Assembly: GCF_006345805.1 (NCBI RefSeq)
Contig: NC_042997.1
Location: 158,162,001-158,226,000 of the forward strand
From: Octopus sinensis
Lineage: Eukaryota
Direction: 5' to 3'
Length of the DNA: 64,000 bases
Position numbers and translations under genes: made by a program. Shown here one piece after another: positions 13,206-26,049 of the stretch; the stretch's first letter is position 1; each line of letters begins with the position of its first letter. The notes below the pieces were generated by a model that saw only the letters and a program-made list of their open reading frames with translations, did not search any database and was not told the origin of the DNA.

Positions 13206-13916
13206 TAGATAGCTCTCACAATATCTATAAATGGCTATTTTGCAGAGCACTGTAAATACATGAATCCTTACAATTGCAAGTGAACTCAAATGGATGGACT
13301 ATTATGATTTCTCCTGTTACGTTTGAAGCGTAAAAATAAAAGTAATAGATTTTATATGTAGGAGGAGAGGCATAATTTGTATGAATACACATTAGGATTC
13401 ATTCTAATGGCCGGTTTCTACACGTCGAAAGCTGATATCTACTCATTTGATTCCCAATTTGCGTTATTTTTCTGATATGTTACGTCTAATTTTCACTTGA
13501 ATCCTTCATTCCTTTAATAGTGCTGGCACGCTGTGTAAATTTAGATCATAACTACAGAAACGTGCCCCACAGAATTTATTTCCATATAACGTTCTGAAAA
13601 AGGGAATTCTTTTATAAATATCTTTCAGATAGCATGGATTACGATTATATTGGAATATGTCCTCATAGATTTCAGAAAAAAGGATGTCTTTAAATGAAAT
13701 ATTCTACTATTATCTTTTATATAGTTTCATTACAAATGTAAAGAAATTGCACTTGTAGAAAATGGGAGAAAGAGATATGCATCACGACTTCGATTTTATG
13801 ACTTAATTACAATTATGCTAAAAAAAGAAATTAACTTTGAGACCCATGTGATGCATGCTATTTGTAACATACGACACGATCATGTAGGGGATGGGCCACC
13901 TTTCAGTTTGCTTCGA

Positions 13917-13949
<33 letters not shown>

Positions 13950-14378
13950 TATATAAAGAGAGAGAAAGAGGAAAAGGGAGAAGAAGAGAAAAGAAGAGAG
14001 AGAGGGTGTGAGAGGAGAGAGCGATTGAGATTGGGGTAGATATGCATTCAATAATTACTGTTAGCATTGTGCTCCCAGTTCTCGAAAGATTTCTTTCAGA
14101 GACTTTTTAGAAAAGGATGGAAGGATCATGTATTTTTCAACATAATTGTAATTAAATCATCATAATATATGCAATAAATAAAATCATAACGTTTGAAATT
14201 CCAATCTCCGTTTTTATTAACGTTAATTTTCGAAATAATTGTAATACGCGCCACCTGAAAGGTATTTGTAGTAAATTTCGTTAAAAAATATTTCTTGACA
14301 AAATCAGGGTTAGCGAGGTACAGTTCTGTATTTGTGCCCAGTCGATGTAAATAAATTAAAACCAATTTTCTTATTCAG

Positions 14379-14939
14379 CTTTCTGTTTCTTCAAAAGCAC
14401 CCAGTAAATATGAAAGGTTACTGGAATCAACGTAATGTGATTGATGCTTGAATAAAAATTATTAGTTTCAGTGTGTAGAGTTGCAATTATTCGGACAACC
14501 TAAATGTTAACAGACGTTTCAGATTTCAGACGTCTGTTAACTCTGCAGTAAATTGGAATGATGCAGTAAATTGATATGATTGAAGCGTATATTTGAATTA
14601 TTAAATAATTAAAAGATCCCTAAAAAACCATCTTTATAAAAGAAATACATTAAAACTGGGATTTATAAACATTTTGTAGAGAGTCTAGCCCTTAATAATT
14701 TGTTCCTTTTAATAAAAGTTACATGACCTCAACTAATTACTAAGCAGCTCTCTCCATTATAGTATAGATATTACCTCCACCACAGAACTGAAATGGGTTT
14801 GCTAGTATGGTTAAATGAAATTAAAAACTTGAATTATCCGGGGTTAAACATCTTTTTGCACAGCTATTTGCAAAAACAAATGAATATTACTTTCTCATTT
14901 TTTACCAGGTTCAGTGACAATGGATTGCCGTTGACATAA
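14379..14939 (+). CDS. Candidate last two coding exons of an unknown host gene (14379-14431, 14909-14939)
   Basis: Acceptors ttttcttattcag and ttttttaccag, donor gtaatg. The in-phase join gives LSVSSKAPSKYERLLESTFSDNGLPLT*. No homology recognised. Confidence 0.3.
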
Positions 14940-15849
14940 AAAAATGGTACGCGCGAATTTGTGCATTATCTAAAGCGTGAATAGAGTAAGTAATGTGATC
15001 GTGCATACATTGCGAAATTAAAGTAGGTTACATTCGACTGTAAAAGGTGGTATGATAGAAAAAGTGATGTGATTGTAAAAGTTGTTGAGTGAACTCTTTG
15101 AATTTCCCTATAGCTTTAGTTGAGTAATTAAATTTATCTTTCAAACATTGCTAATCTAATATAGGTCAAATTCTGTTCGCTCTGAGCGTAGTAGTTGCAG
15201 AATCGTGCTCCCAAAGCACAAAATGATTAATTAAAACTCTTGTTTTGACAGGGCAAGCTCAAACCTCTTTTGCTAAGGGAATTAGAACTGTAAAGTCATG
15301 CCATATATATATTTCATAAGGCCATTAAACATGTAAATGAAATTAAATCGCTTAGAAATACATAGACATAAATAAACGTCAACATATGAGAATAGGAAAA
15401 TATGGGCTAATCTCTGGGCAACAGAGATCAAAGGCCTTGATGTTCTGATATAAAATTCAAGTCCCGCTAGATTTGGTTTTAAGTTTTTATCTGTCTAAGA
15501 TATTCATAATAAATAACAGTAATATGATCACGTTCTATTAATTGACTACAGACCTCGCTTTTATTAATAGTTATTAAATCAGATTAAAATATACCTTTCA
15601 TGCGATTCAGTAATATGCGTGCATCATTGTTACTAAATTTTACACAAAAATAAAAGAATGAGATATATGTACTTTAGTAATTTAGAGATAGAATATAATT
15701 CATTAACATAATGAATGCTATAGAACACTGATTATCCCAGATTACTTGGGACATTCAATATGAAAGAACACTGAATGTCGTATAAGAAGCTTTCCTAGGA
15801 CGCTATCCTGCACCAATAATTGTTACATTATTAGAACTGCTCTTATTAC

Positions 15850-16020
15850 TGTGTGCGTGGTAATAATTTTCCTTCACAGTAATTGGGTTCCGGGTTCAGT
15901 CCCACTGCGTGGCACCTTGAGTAAATCTTTCTACTATAGCCTCGGGCTGACCAAAGACTTGTGAGTGGACTTGGTAGCCGGAAACTGATGAAGCTCGTCA
16001 TTTGAATATATGTGCGAATG

Positions 16021-16060
<40 letters not shown>

Positions 16061-16956
16061 GTCTGATCAATAAGTATCCGGACTATTGCCATAATAACAA
16101 AGCTAATGCACGCAGAGTAAAGTCGCTTGGTACAGATTGACCTTGAATGAATTCTGTTGTGCATGCGTACTAAGTTTTAACGTTCTAGCTTATTCACGCC
16201 GTTTACAGCAGTGTTTGGAAGGAACATGTATAGTGTGTGATCATCGCATTGACCATGACAGAGAAAGTTGTCATGATGATACCTGCTTAGAGGCTTATGC
16301 AAAGTTTCAGAAAATATATGGAGAAGAGTGTATGAGCCACACACAAGTGTACGAGCGATTCAGACGTTTCCAAGATGGCAAGTCAAATTTGACGAACGTC
16401 TTGGGAGACACGCAACCAGCAGAACAGAAAAACATCGCAGATATACATGCAGCTGTGAGGGGAAATTGTCGAATCACCATCCGTGAGTTGCAGATTAATT
16501 ACGGTTCAGTTCAATGTATTATCACTGAACATTTGGGTATGAGACGCGTGTCTGCCAGGTTTGTGCGAAAAAATGCTTCCAGCTAACCAAAAATATACTC
16601 GGGCTTCAGTTGCACAAGATCACCTTGATTGTGTCGAGAACGGTGAAATCGTTTTGAAAACTTTGCGTAGGCCTCTAAGCAAGTATACCCAAGCATTTGG
16701 CAAAATATGATGGAGATTCTCTACTCAACTTTGTCGGTCATGGTCAATGCGACGATCAAATACTACACGCTTTCCTTCCAAGTATTGCTGTATAAAGCAG
16801 AATTGAGCAAGAACACCAAAACTTACCGCGTATGCACTACAGAATACGCGGTGTGTCTGTGCTAAACGGCTTTATACTACGCGCTTTAGCTTTGTGACTC
16901 TGCCAAGAGTCTGTATACTTATCGATCAGACCATGTATATATAGTTATATATATAT

Positions 16957-16999
<43 letters not shown>

Positions 17000-17345
17000 G
17001 TCCCAGCATTGCTACAGCCTTAGGGCTGAAACGTGTAAGAAATAAAAGAATATATATATATACATATATATATACACACACACACACATACATATATATA
17101 TATGTGTGTGTGTGTTTGCATATGTATGTGTGTCTGTATTTGTGTTTGTCCTCCACCACCGGTTGGTAACCAGTGTTGGTGTGTTTGTGTCCCCATAACT
17201 TAGTCGATCGGGGAAAAAGACCGATAGAAGAAGTAAAAACAAAATAAATGTTGGTATCGATACGTACGACTAAAAAGTCCTAAAGGTGGTGGACCAGAGC
17301 ATATGCTGGATCACATATAATCACTGGAACAAGTAAAACGACAAT
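15850..17345 (+). mobile_element. SINE family A split by a mariner (5' half ~15850-16020, 3' half ~17100-17345)
   Basis: Both halves match the family A layout, and the mariner lies in the (TA)n linker between them. Confidence 0.8.
16057..16935 (+). mobile_element. Internally deleted mariner (879 bp)
   Basis: TA-flanked imperfect ~28-bp TIRs (tgaggtctgatcaataagtatccggact / rc catggtctgatcgataagtatacagact). HTH relic YGEECMSHTQVYERFRRFQDG and RRVSARFV; no catalytic domain. Confidence 0.9.
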
Positions 17346-17762
17346 GTATACATACACGCACACAGACATACATACATGCATACATACATAAATATTCTCA
17401 AACACAGAAGAATACTGAACAACATGAATCAGATAATATACTTATATTCCAGAAAAATTCGTCTGCGGCCAGCGAGGTGACTCGAACTTGCATCTGTGTG
17501 ATTACCGGTCAATTATTCTGAATAGTGTATTTCCATGTTTGTATATTTCAATACCTCTCAACACTTCTTAAAAAGCAAACATTGTTTACATATATATATA
17601 TATATATAATATATATATATAATTATATATATATATATAATATATATACATACATAAACAAACATACATATATATATGCATATATATGCATGTATATATG
17701 CATATATATGTATGCATGTATATGCATACATGTATATATATAAGTACATATATATATAGAAG

Positions 17763-17790
<28 letters not shown>

Positions 17791-17796
<6 letters not shown>

Positions 17797-18363
17797 AGAA
17801 AAAAGGTTTGAAAATGCATTTAAACGATGTTTATTTACTTAACCGGTTTCACTCTTTGGTAAAAGATTGTCAAAAGTTACATTTAAGGGAACATTGAATA
17901 ATATGGGTTCAAAAAAAGTTTTTACATAATTGTCACATTGAATATTATGCATTCAAAAAGTTTTTACATAATTGTCACATTGGATATTATGAATTCAAAA
18001 ATGTTTTTTTATACATAATTGTCACATTACATGTATAAATATAGTGTTTGGTAACAGAGAAGTTCAATAGTGTGATGAGAATATTTGGGAAAATTTGGCA
18101 GAAAAGGATAAAACAATATATTATTGGGAATTGGTTGCGTTAATTATTGGTTGTCGCAAATTGTCACATTACATGTTATATATACAATCTTTGGTATATA
18201 TATACAGCCTTTTGACAGCAAAAATTAAAATGGATATTTTTTATACATCTCAGAAATTTTAAGTACAAGGCGAGAATATGTTTTTACTGACCTGTCGGTA
18301 TTAGCAGAAAGGCTGAACTGAGAGAACAGAGGAAGTAGCCAATGTGGTGTATGTGTGTGAGTG

Positions 18364-18401
<38 letters not shown>

Positions 18402-19665
18402 ACGTTGTGTGTGTGTGCGCGCGGGTGTATATATATATGTGTGTGTGTGTGTGTGCACTGTGTGCGTGTGTGTGTATATGTGTGTGTGCGCGCGCGTTGT
18501 GTGTGTGTGTGTGCACGTGTGTATATATGTGTGTGTGTGTGCACTGTGTGCGGGTATGTGTGTGTGTGTGTGTGTGTGTGAGCATTGTGTACGTATGTAT
18601 GTATTTACATGTGTATTTGTTTTTATATATATATGTGTGTGTGTGTGTTGTGTGTGTATATGCATGGTATGTGTGTATATGTTAGTACTTTGTTTGTGTG
18701 CGTGTGCGGCATGTAGAGATATATTTGAGTGTGTACGCTATAGGTTTGTAATTTGTGTGTGTGGGGGGGGTGTGAATTTTTTATATATATATATGTGTGT
18801 GTATGTGTGTGAAAAAATATATGTATGTGCATGTATGTATGTATGTATGTGTATATATATATATATATATATGTGTATATATATGTGTGTGTGTGTATGT
18901 GTGTGTGTGTATATTTATTTGCTTGTTTATGTGTGTATAAACATGTACATTATTTGCATGCGCATTGTGTATATGTATATTGTATGTATGTGTATTGTAT
19001 ATGTATGTGTACAATTAAGTGTATATATGTGTGTGTATGTGTGCATTGTATATATGTATATTGTAGGTGTGCTATATATGCATGAATACATGTATGTGCA
19101 TTGCGTGTATATATATGTATGCATTGTGTATGTATGTTATGTGTGTGTGTGTATATATATATTATATGTATGCGTACGTGTATGTGTATGCATTGTATGT
19201 ATGTGTATTGTGTGTATATGCGGTACATCTATGTATGTGTATGTAAACACTATTTATATGTATATGTGTATATATGTATATGCATTGTCTATATATATAT
19301 ATATATATTATATGTATGTACTGCGTATGTATATTGCATGCATATATTGTGTATGTATATTACTTACATGCTGTATGTGTGTATTGTATGTGTGTATATA
19401 TATGCTAGGTGTATTTGTGTGATATTTATATTATGTATGTATGTGTGCGTGTGTTGTGTGTGTGTGTGTGTGTGTGTGTGTTGTGTGTGTATGTGTGTTA
19501 TATATCTGTGTATGTTATATATAGATACATATTATATTTGTGTCCTGTGTATATGTGATATATGTGGGTGCGTTGTGTGTGGGTGTGTGTGTTCTGTGTG
19601 TGTGTGTGTGTGTTGTTTGTATGTGGTGTGTGTTTGTTTACTATGTGTGTGTGTGTGTGTGTTGT

Positions 19666-19704
<39 letters not shown>

Positions 19705-20378
19705 GTGTGTGACAAACAGACGCTATCTGACCAGCGGGCACGGACACATCTATTCACACCCGCATACTAACCTCCTGATAACCCCAAAATCATTCATGCA
19801 TAAAGGGGAAGTATACACCACATTGGCTACTTCCTCTGTTCTCTCAGTTCAGCCTTTCTGCTAATACCGACAGGTCAGTAAAAACATATTCTCGCCTTGT
19901 ACTTAAAATATTCTGAGATGTATAAAAAATCCATTTTAATTTTTGCTGTCAAAAGGCTGTATATATATACCAAAGATTGTATATATATACATGTAATGTG
20001 ACAATTTGCGACAACCAATAATTAACGCAACCAATTCCCAATAATATATTTGTTTTATCCTTTTCTGCCAAATTTTCCCAAATATTCTCATCACACTATT
20101 GAACTTCTCTGTTACCAAACACTATATTTATACATGTAATGTGACAATTATGTATAAAAAAACATTTTTGAATTCATAATATCCAATGTGACAATTATGT
20201 AAAAACTTTTTTGAATGCATAATATTCAATGTGACAATTATGTAAAAAACTTTTTTTGAACCCATATTATTCAATGTTCCCTTAAATGTAACTTTTGACA
20301 ATCTTTTACCAAAGAGTGAAACCGGTTAAGTAAATAAACATCGTTTAAATTGCATTTTCAAACCTTTTTTCTTATATA
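17791..20378. mobile_element. Foldback-like structure: ~560-bp inverted arms around a 1.46-kb TG/TA low-complexity core
   Basis: Arm 17791-18352 is the reverse complement of 19813-20378 apart from 1-2-nt indels. Each arm carries ~40-bp tandem subrepeats (acataattgtcacatt). Confidence 0.75.
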
Positions 20379-21535
20379 ATCCCACTCGTGCGATACCCCA
20401 CAACTCAACTTTTATATATATATATAAACATGTAAGTATTATGTCTCTCTGTATGTCTGTATGTATGTATCCATTATTCGAAAACAAGAATTACCAGACA
20501 GAGCAGTAAGGATAGTATAATACGAAATGACACTATACTCTCTATATAAATCTCAATAGAAGTCTGTTGAGCATTAATGTGTAGTATATTAAAAATTATT
20601 GCAATGAAAAAGGAGTTAAATTATTATATCTTGCTTACCTCCGTGTGACGGAATTCAGTTTAAATGAATCCATCTAATCCGTGTCATTGTCCAAAATACT
20701 GGATAAACACGCATTCTCGCGCGCATACACACACACAAGCACGCACACATGCACACACAGACACATACATACATACATGCCTTATGCATGTAAATATGTG
20801 TGTATATGTGCGGGTTTGTGCATCAGTAAATATCACTATTCTATGCAAGATAACCACGCTCATTTCCATCAAAAATTATGTATGTATTTATTTACGTCCC
20901 CACCTCTCTCTTTCTCTCTTCCTTTATACATATATATTAATATATACACGCACATATATGCTCACATGAACAAGAGGATGTATAGGCAAACAAATTGGCC
21001 TATATGCGTACGAAAAAATATTCGTGTGCGTTTCTATTGTGGGACACAGAAAGAAAGCTCACACGTGGACACACATGACCATAAATATACAATCACACAA
21101 TTACACGCTCATATACGATATGTATATGTTTATATAGATAGTTTATAGATGTGAGACACACAACTTGCATAGAATAAACATAGTGCTCAAGAGATTTTAA
21201 ACTTGAGCAGGTAGAGGAGTAAACGTAGGTATAAGCAAGTTAAGCAAGTCGATATACATAAAATATTAAATACATTTATTACGATAAATGTACATATATT
21301 TCCATATAAAGGGGTCCAACTTACACAGAATAGAAATATAGAAATGATATCAGGCATTAAAGGGACTGAATAAGAGCATTAGGAGTCCAGGAGCTGTTTC
21401 TGGGATCTTGGTGGTCCATAATAATGATTGTAGATTGAGTCCATCATCGGATAATACCAGCTCCCCTCACCAGGGAAGAAGTTTACATATGAGGTGTTGA
21501 GAGAAAGGAGATATAAGATGGCATGTATATATAAA

Positions 21536-21574
<39 letters not shown>

Positions 21575-21639
21575 ATGTGTATACATATATTTATATGTGC
21601 ATGTATATATATAAATAGATAAATATTCTTTATATTTTG

Positions 21640-22150
21640 ATTTTTTATATGTTTCAGCCCTAAGGCTGTATTCATGCTGGAGCACCGTCAGGGTAATCAC
21701 CCCTTTAATGACCATTGTGATTGACTTTTGATGAAGGAGGTATTTGGCACTGCTGCCCTTTTGTGAGTCTCCTGCCTTGATTATGATTCATCTGGGACCT
21801 TAAATAGCATGATGTCACATTGTTTCTTGAAACAACTAACACTACTCTAGGAAGATCCCTCAGATGATTTGAAAAGGCGTTAAATAGCTGTGGGCCCTTG
21901 AATCCCAAGCTAGTGCGTACATGGTCCTCACTGTAGATGGGATAGTTGGCACCTTTGGAACAGTGCAGTGACGTCCAGTTCGGGGTCTGGTATAGCCCTT
22001 GATTCCAGAGTTTGGTGCTCGCTCCTCCAGGTTCTTCCATACATATACCACTATGTACCTCTACCATTTTCGGTCCAGGGAGTAGAATTGAAGCTACCCT
22101 GTAAATTAGGTGTTCCATTGATGCAAAGTATAACATTGCTGAATCGCTAT
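21640..22150 (-). mobile_element. CR1-group LINE 3' fragment
   Basis: YSLDRKW*RYIVVYVWKNLE and SLGFKGPQLFN motifs typical of CR1-group ORF2 C-termini. Tail ggtgctccagcatg..cagccttagggctgaaac. Confidence 0.8.
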
Positions 22151-22157
22151 GAATCTG

Positions 22158-22363
<206 letters not shown>

Positions 22364-22439
22364 ATAATATTTTACTATAAAATTGGATTCAATCCTAAAT
22401 CTGATTTTTCCTGTAAGTTTGGATTTATTACCTAATATT

Positions 22440-22485
<46 letters not shown>

Positions 22486-22486
<1 letters not shown>

Positions 22487-22659
22487 TTCAACAAAATATT
22501 AAGGAATGACCCTGAGAAGGTCGTTCGACTCACTTGAAAAGAGCAGCTAATACTCAAAACCGCAAAAATAGTAGTAATTCTGCGGTTTTGAGTTTTAGCT
22601 GCTCTTTTCAAGTGAGTCGAACGACCTTCTCAGGGTCATTCCTTAATATTTTGTTGAAT
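22486..22659. repeat. Hairpin: 79-bp arms (1 mismatch), 16-nt loop
   Basis: 22486-22564 pairs with 22581-22659. Confidence 0.9.
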
Positions 22660-22750
22660 GTATCATATAGTCTGTGACTATTTCTATTTTCTCACTTGAC
22701 CGCTGGTGGCAGAAAATTTTTCTTGATTTTTTTGTTACCCTTATATTGAT

Positions 22751-22795
<45 letters not shown>

Positions 22796-22997
22796 TATAT
22801 AATACATTTCGAAATATCTCAGAGAGATATATGCAGTAGTGGTACGATAAAGTAGCTGTATACTGTCAACTTAATCTCTATGAGATATTTAGAAATCTAT
22901 TATTTCTATTTTTGTAATCAGTGGATTTATTTCACTAGAATTCTTATATGTTAACAAGGGCTAGATAGGCATCTCCAGCTATCAGGCCATGCTACTC

Positions 22998-23036
22998 CAG
23001 ACTGATGACGAGCAAAGACTCAGAAACTAGTCTCTG
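22998..23036 (+). ncRNA. Minimal type I hammerhead ribozyme
   Basis: CAGA-CUGAUGA-C.GAG(CAAAGA)CUC.A-GAAA-CUAG-UC|UCUG. Canonical core and GUC site (cut after 23032), stem I CAGA/UCUG, palindromic ACUAGU stem III. One C-A mismatch at the base of stem II. Confidence 0.75.
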
Positions 23037-23213
23037 CATGCAGGCTTCGCTGGGTGGAAGTGCTTGTCTCCACCTTGTAAACATAAGGACAAAGGAGATG
23101 TGTCAAGGCCCACAGGAAGCATTGCTGCTTCCTAGGGCTAAATAGCCGTATTGTGATTCCCTTCATGGGACTGTCACGTTAAGTTGACACAGTATACAGC
23201 TACTCTCTCTCTC

Positions 23214-23279
<66 letters not shown>

Positions 23280-25564
23280 TATGTATGCATATATAGCATA
23301 TATACGTATACATATGAATGAATATATATATATGTCTGTGTGAACATATATATATATATATCATATGTGCAGGTACATGTATATATATATATATATATGT
23401 ATGTGTATTTGCGTGTGTGTGTGTGTATTGAAACTGTAAACGATTATTTTTATCAATCGAAATATAATTATATCACAACCGCCAGATAGTTATGTCTATA
23501 CATACATACGTACTTACGCACACATATTTTATGTATACTTATCTTATGCATACCCTCATACATACATGCATGCACGCATACATACATATATGCATACATG
23601 CATATTTATATACATGCATGTTGCATACTTACATGCATGCGGCATACTCACATATATACATACATATATGCATGCTTGAATTGAAACTACCGCAGAAAGC
23701 TCGAGTATTTTTTAAGAAAAAATGCTATCTGCCCAATCATTTCGTTCCAAATTCAGTCAATTAGTATCGTCTTTAGAAAATTGCTACTTCATCGCTTGAA
23801 CCTGAACATCAACTCCAAGTTGAATAGTGTCTGAATTAGTCATTGATGATAAAGAAAATAATATAACAAAATAAACCAGATAAAAGTAAGCATAAAATCA
23901 TATATATGTATATATGAAATGAATTTGAATTCATCGAAAAACGTCTAATGCCAATTATCATTAGAAGAAGTTAAGCAGCACTACATGTGAGTGGAAAAGA
24001 TAGTATTAATCCTTGCTTATGTTTAATTTATTGATTCTAGAAGAACCTACTTGAACTGGGTTCGTCTTATGTTATATGATGCTAAACATTCGATTTGACG
24101 AATTATTTCTGATCAATGGATTATGGATTTATACTGGAAAGACAGCGAGACTAATTTGTAAGTCTCACAGACACAAGCACACACGCTAACACTCACAAAT
24201 ACATAAACGCTTCATACACATATACACATATACACATGTGCGTACATCTATATATATACATATATAGATGTATGTTTACACACGCGAGCACATACACACA
24301 CACACACACATACTTGTATATATAAGACAGAAAACAAATGAAGAAAATAATGCAATATGGTAATGTTATGATTCTTATCAACAGTTGAGTACTGAGACAA
24401 AGTTCAACTTTGCTGGAATTTTAGAATTCGAACTTGGAAGGAAAAGACACAGTGCTTTCAAAGTATTTAGCTGTGTACCGTCAAGTTCCTACTCTCAGGT
24501 CTCAAAATTCTTTTTTTAGAACGGCAAACGCTGATATTTTTCGTGCAGAAGAATGAAATTTTATGAATTATATTGTCTGCGCTTTTACAACGGGCGCTTT
24601 CGCAAAAGCAGTTCGTCAAAAGTGTAACAATTACTCGATATAATTTGACTACAGAATTCTTGTGTTGATTATGTTCTGAAAGACTATATCATTTAAATAA
24701 TCTGTAAACTACGGCTCAAACACGTGCTTCTATATACGATGTCGCATTCTAATATTTTTCGTTTCCCTTGGTAAACAATAAAAATCGATTTAAAAAATTG
24801 AGAAAACGTTCGTTTTTGTACTAAGGAGTCTCATATGATTTGGTGTTTCATTAAGATAGTCAAAAAATTCCCTGAAATCTTTTTACCTCATAAAAAAAAC
24901 AAAGAATTTTCCAAAGTGCGAAAGTTTTCACACCAGAAGGGACATTAATAATGATTGTGTTACCGTATAGTTTACAATAACGATCAATTGTGAGAAAGAG
25001 GGGAGAAACAAAAATATATAATTGTCCGCTGAGGAAAGCAAATAGACTGGCTGGTGCCACATATAATGGAGAATTGTGAAGTCACAGCCACACAATTCAT
25101 TTATCCTAAAAAAAATTTTCGCCCGCAAACTGCATGCCAACTAATTCATGTACATAATGATTTTCTAGTCTCTTTCAGTGTATCAAGTGAAGTTTTATTT
25201 TCTTTGGTATTATAAGGGACACAAGTACTATCTTAGTTATATGAATTAACTCTCAAAGTACTCAGCACCTAAGAGTTCGAGAATTTGCCACTTCTTGCAC
25301 TGTGACTCCTTTATCAATACTGATATATATAAATATATAATTATATATAAGGCGCTGCCAAAAAAAAAAGACCGAAAATTAACTTGAAATGGCTCGTCAT
25401 TAAATTAGATTGAATATTGGAGGATACAATATTATGGAATGCAGGAAGTATTGTGCATTATATGCCCTGGGATATTACAGTGATAAAGAAATATAATGTA
25501 TGTAGCATTGGTCAAACAAATCATGCCCTAATATTCTTACAGAGCAAGAAAATAAGCGATGAGA

Positions 25565-25752
25565 ATTATTGGCTTCAAATTTTGGCACAACGTCAGCAAT
25601 TTCGGAGGAGGGGGTAAGTCGATTACTTGTAGCTATTTCCTCGACCTCGAAAGCATAAAACCAGTGGGATTTGAAATCAGTACGTAATAAATAACAGAAT
25701 GCCGCTAAGCATATCACCCGGCGTGCTGACGGTCCTGCTGGCTCTCTGCCTT
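25565..25752 (-). mobile_element. SINE family B, diverged and internally deleted
   Basis: Reverse complement contains aaggcagagagccagcaggaccgtcagcacgccggg and cgaggtcgagg. Confidence 0.6.
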
Positions 25753-26049
25753 AGTCATGAGAAATATTAAAGCTTGAAACAGAGTATCTTATTGCAACAG
25801 ACATATGTAAACAAGCATAAATTTTCATAATGAAGCCGAGAATGAAGATAGTTTGGCAGTAGCTTCTTTATTCATTTACAAAGGAAACCAGTAATTGATG
25901 GCGAATTAATTAAATCTTCCGTGGTAGATCTAGTTTAAGAAGTGTAGCAATATCTAAAGAAATATAGAGAAATATATTTATCTTAAATACTAGTCTTTCT
26001 TATGTTAAACAATATTTATTAGATGGTTTGATGGTGCAAATCGCATCCT

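Noticed and set aside
17450-17527. tRNA-like sequence on the minus strand with B-box gttcgagtc
   Set aside because: I could not form a cloverleaf or acceptor stem; at most a decayed tRNA-derived repeat head.
20639-20698. Minus-strand 60-nt segment with good acceptor and gtaagc donor
   Set aside because: Stops in all three frames and no compatible downstream exon found. It shows that strong splice signals also arise without coding support.
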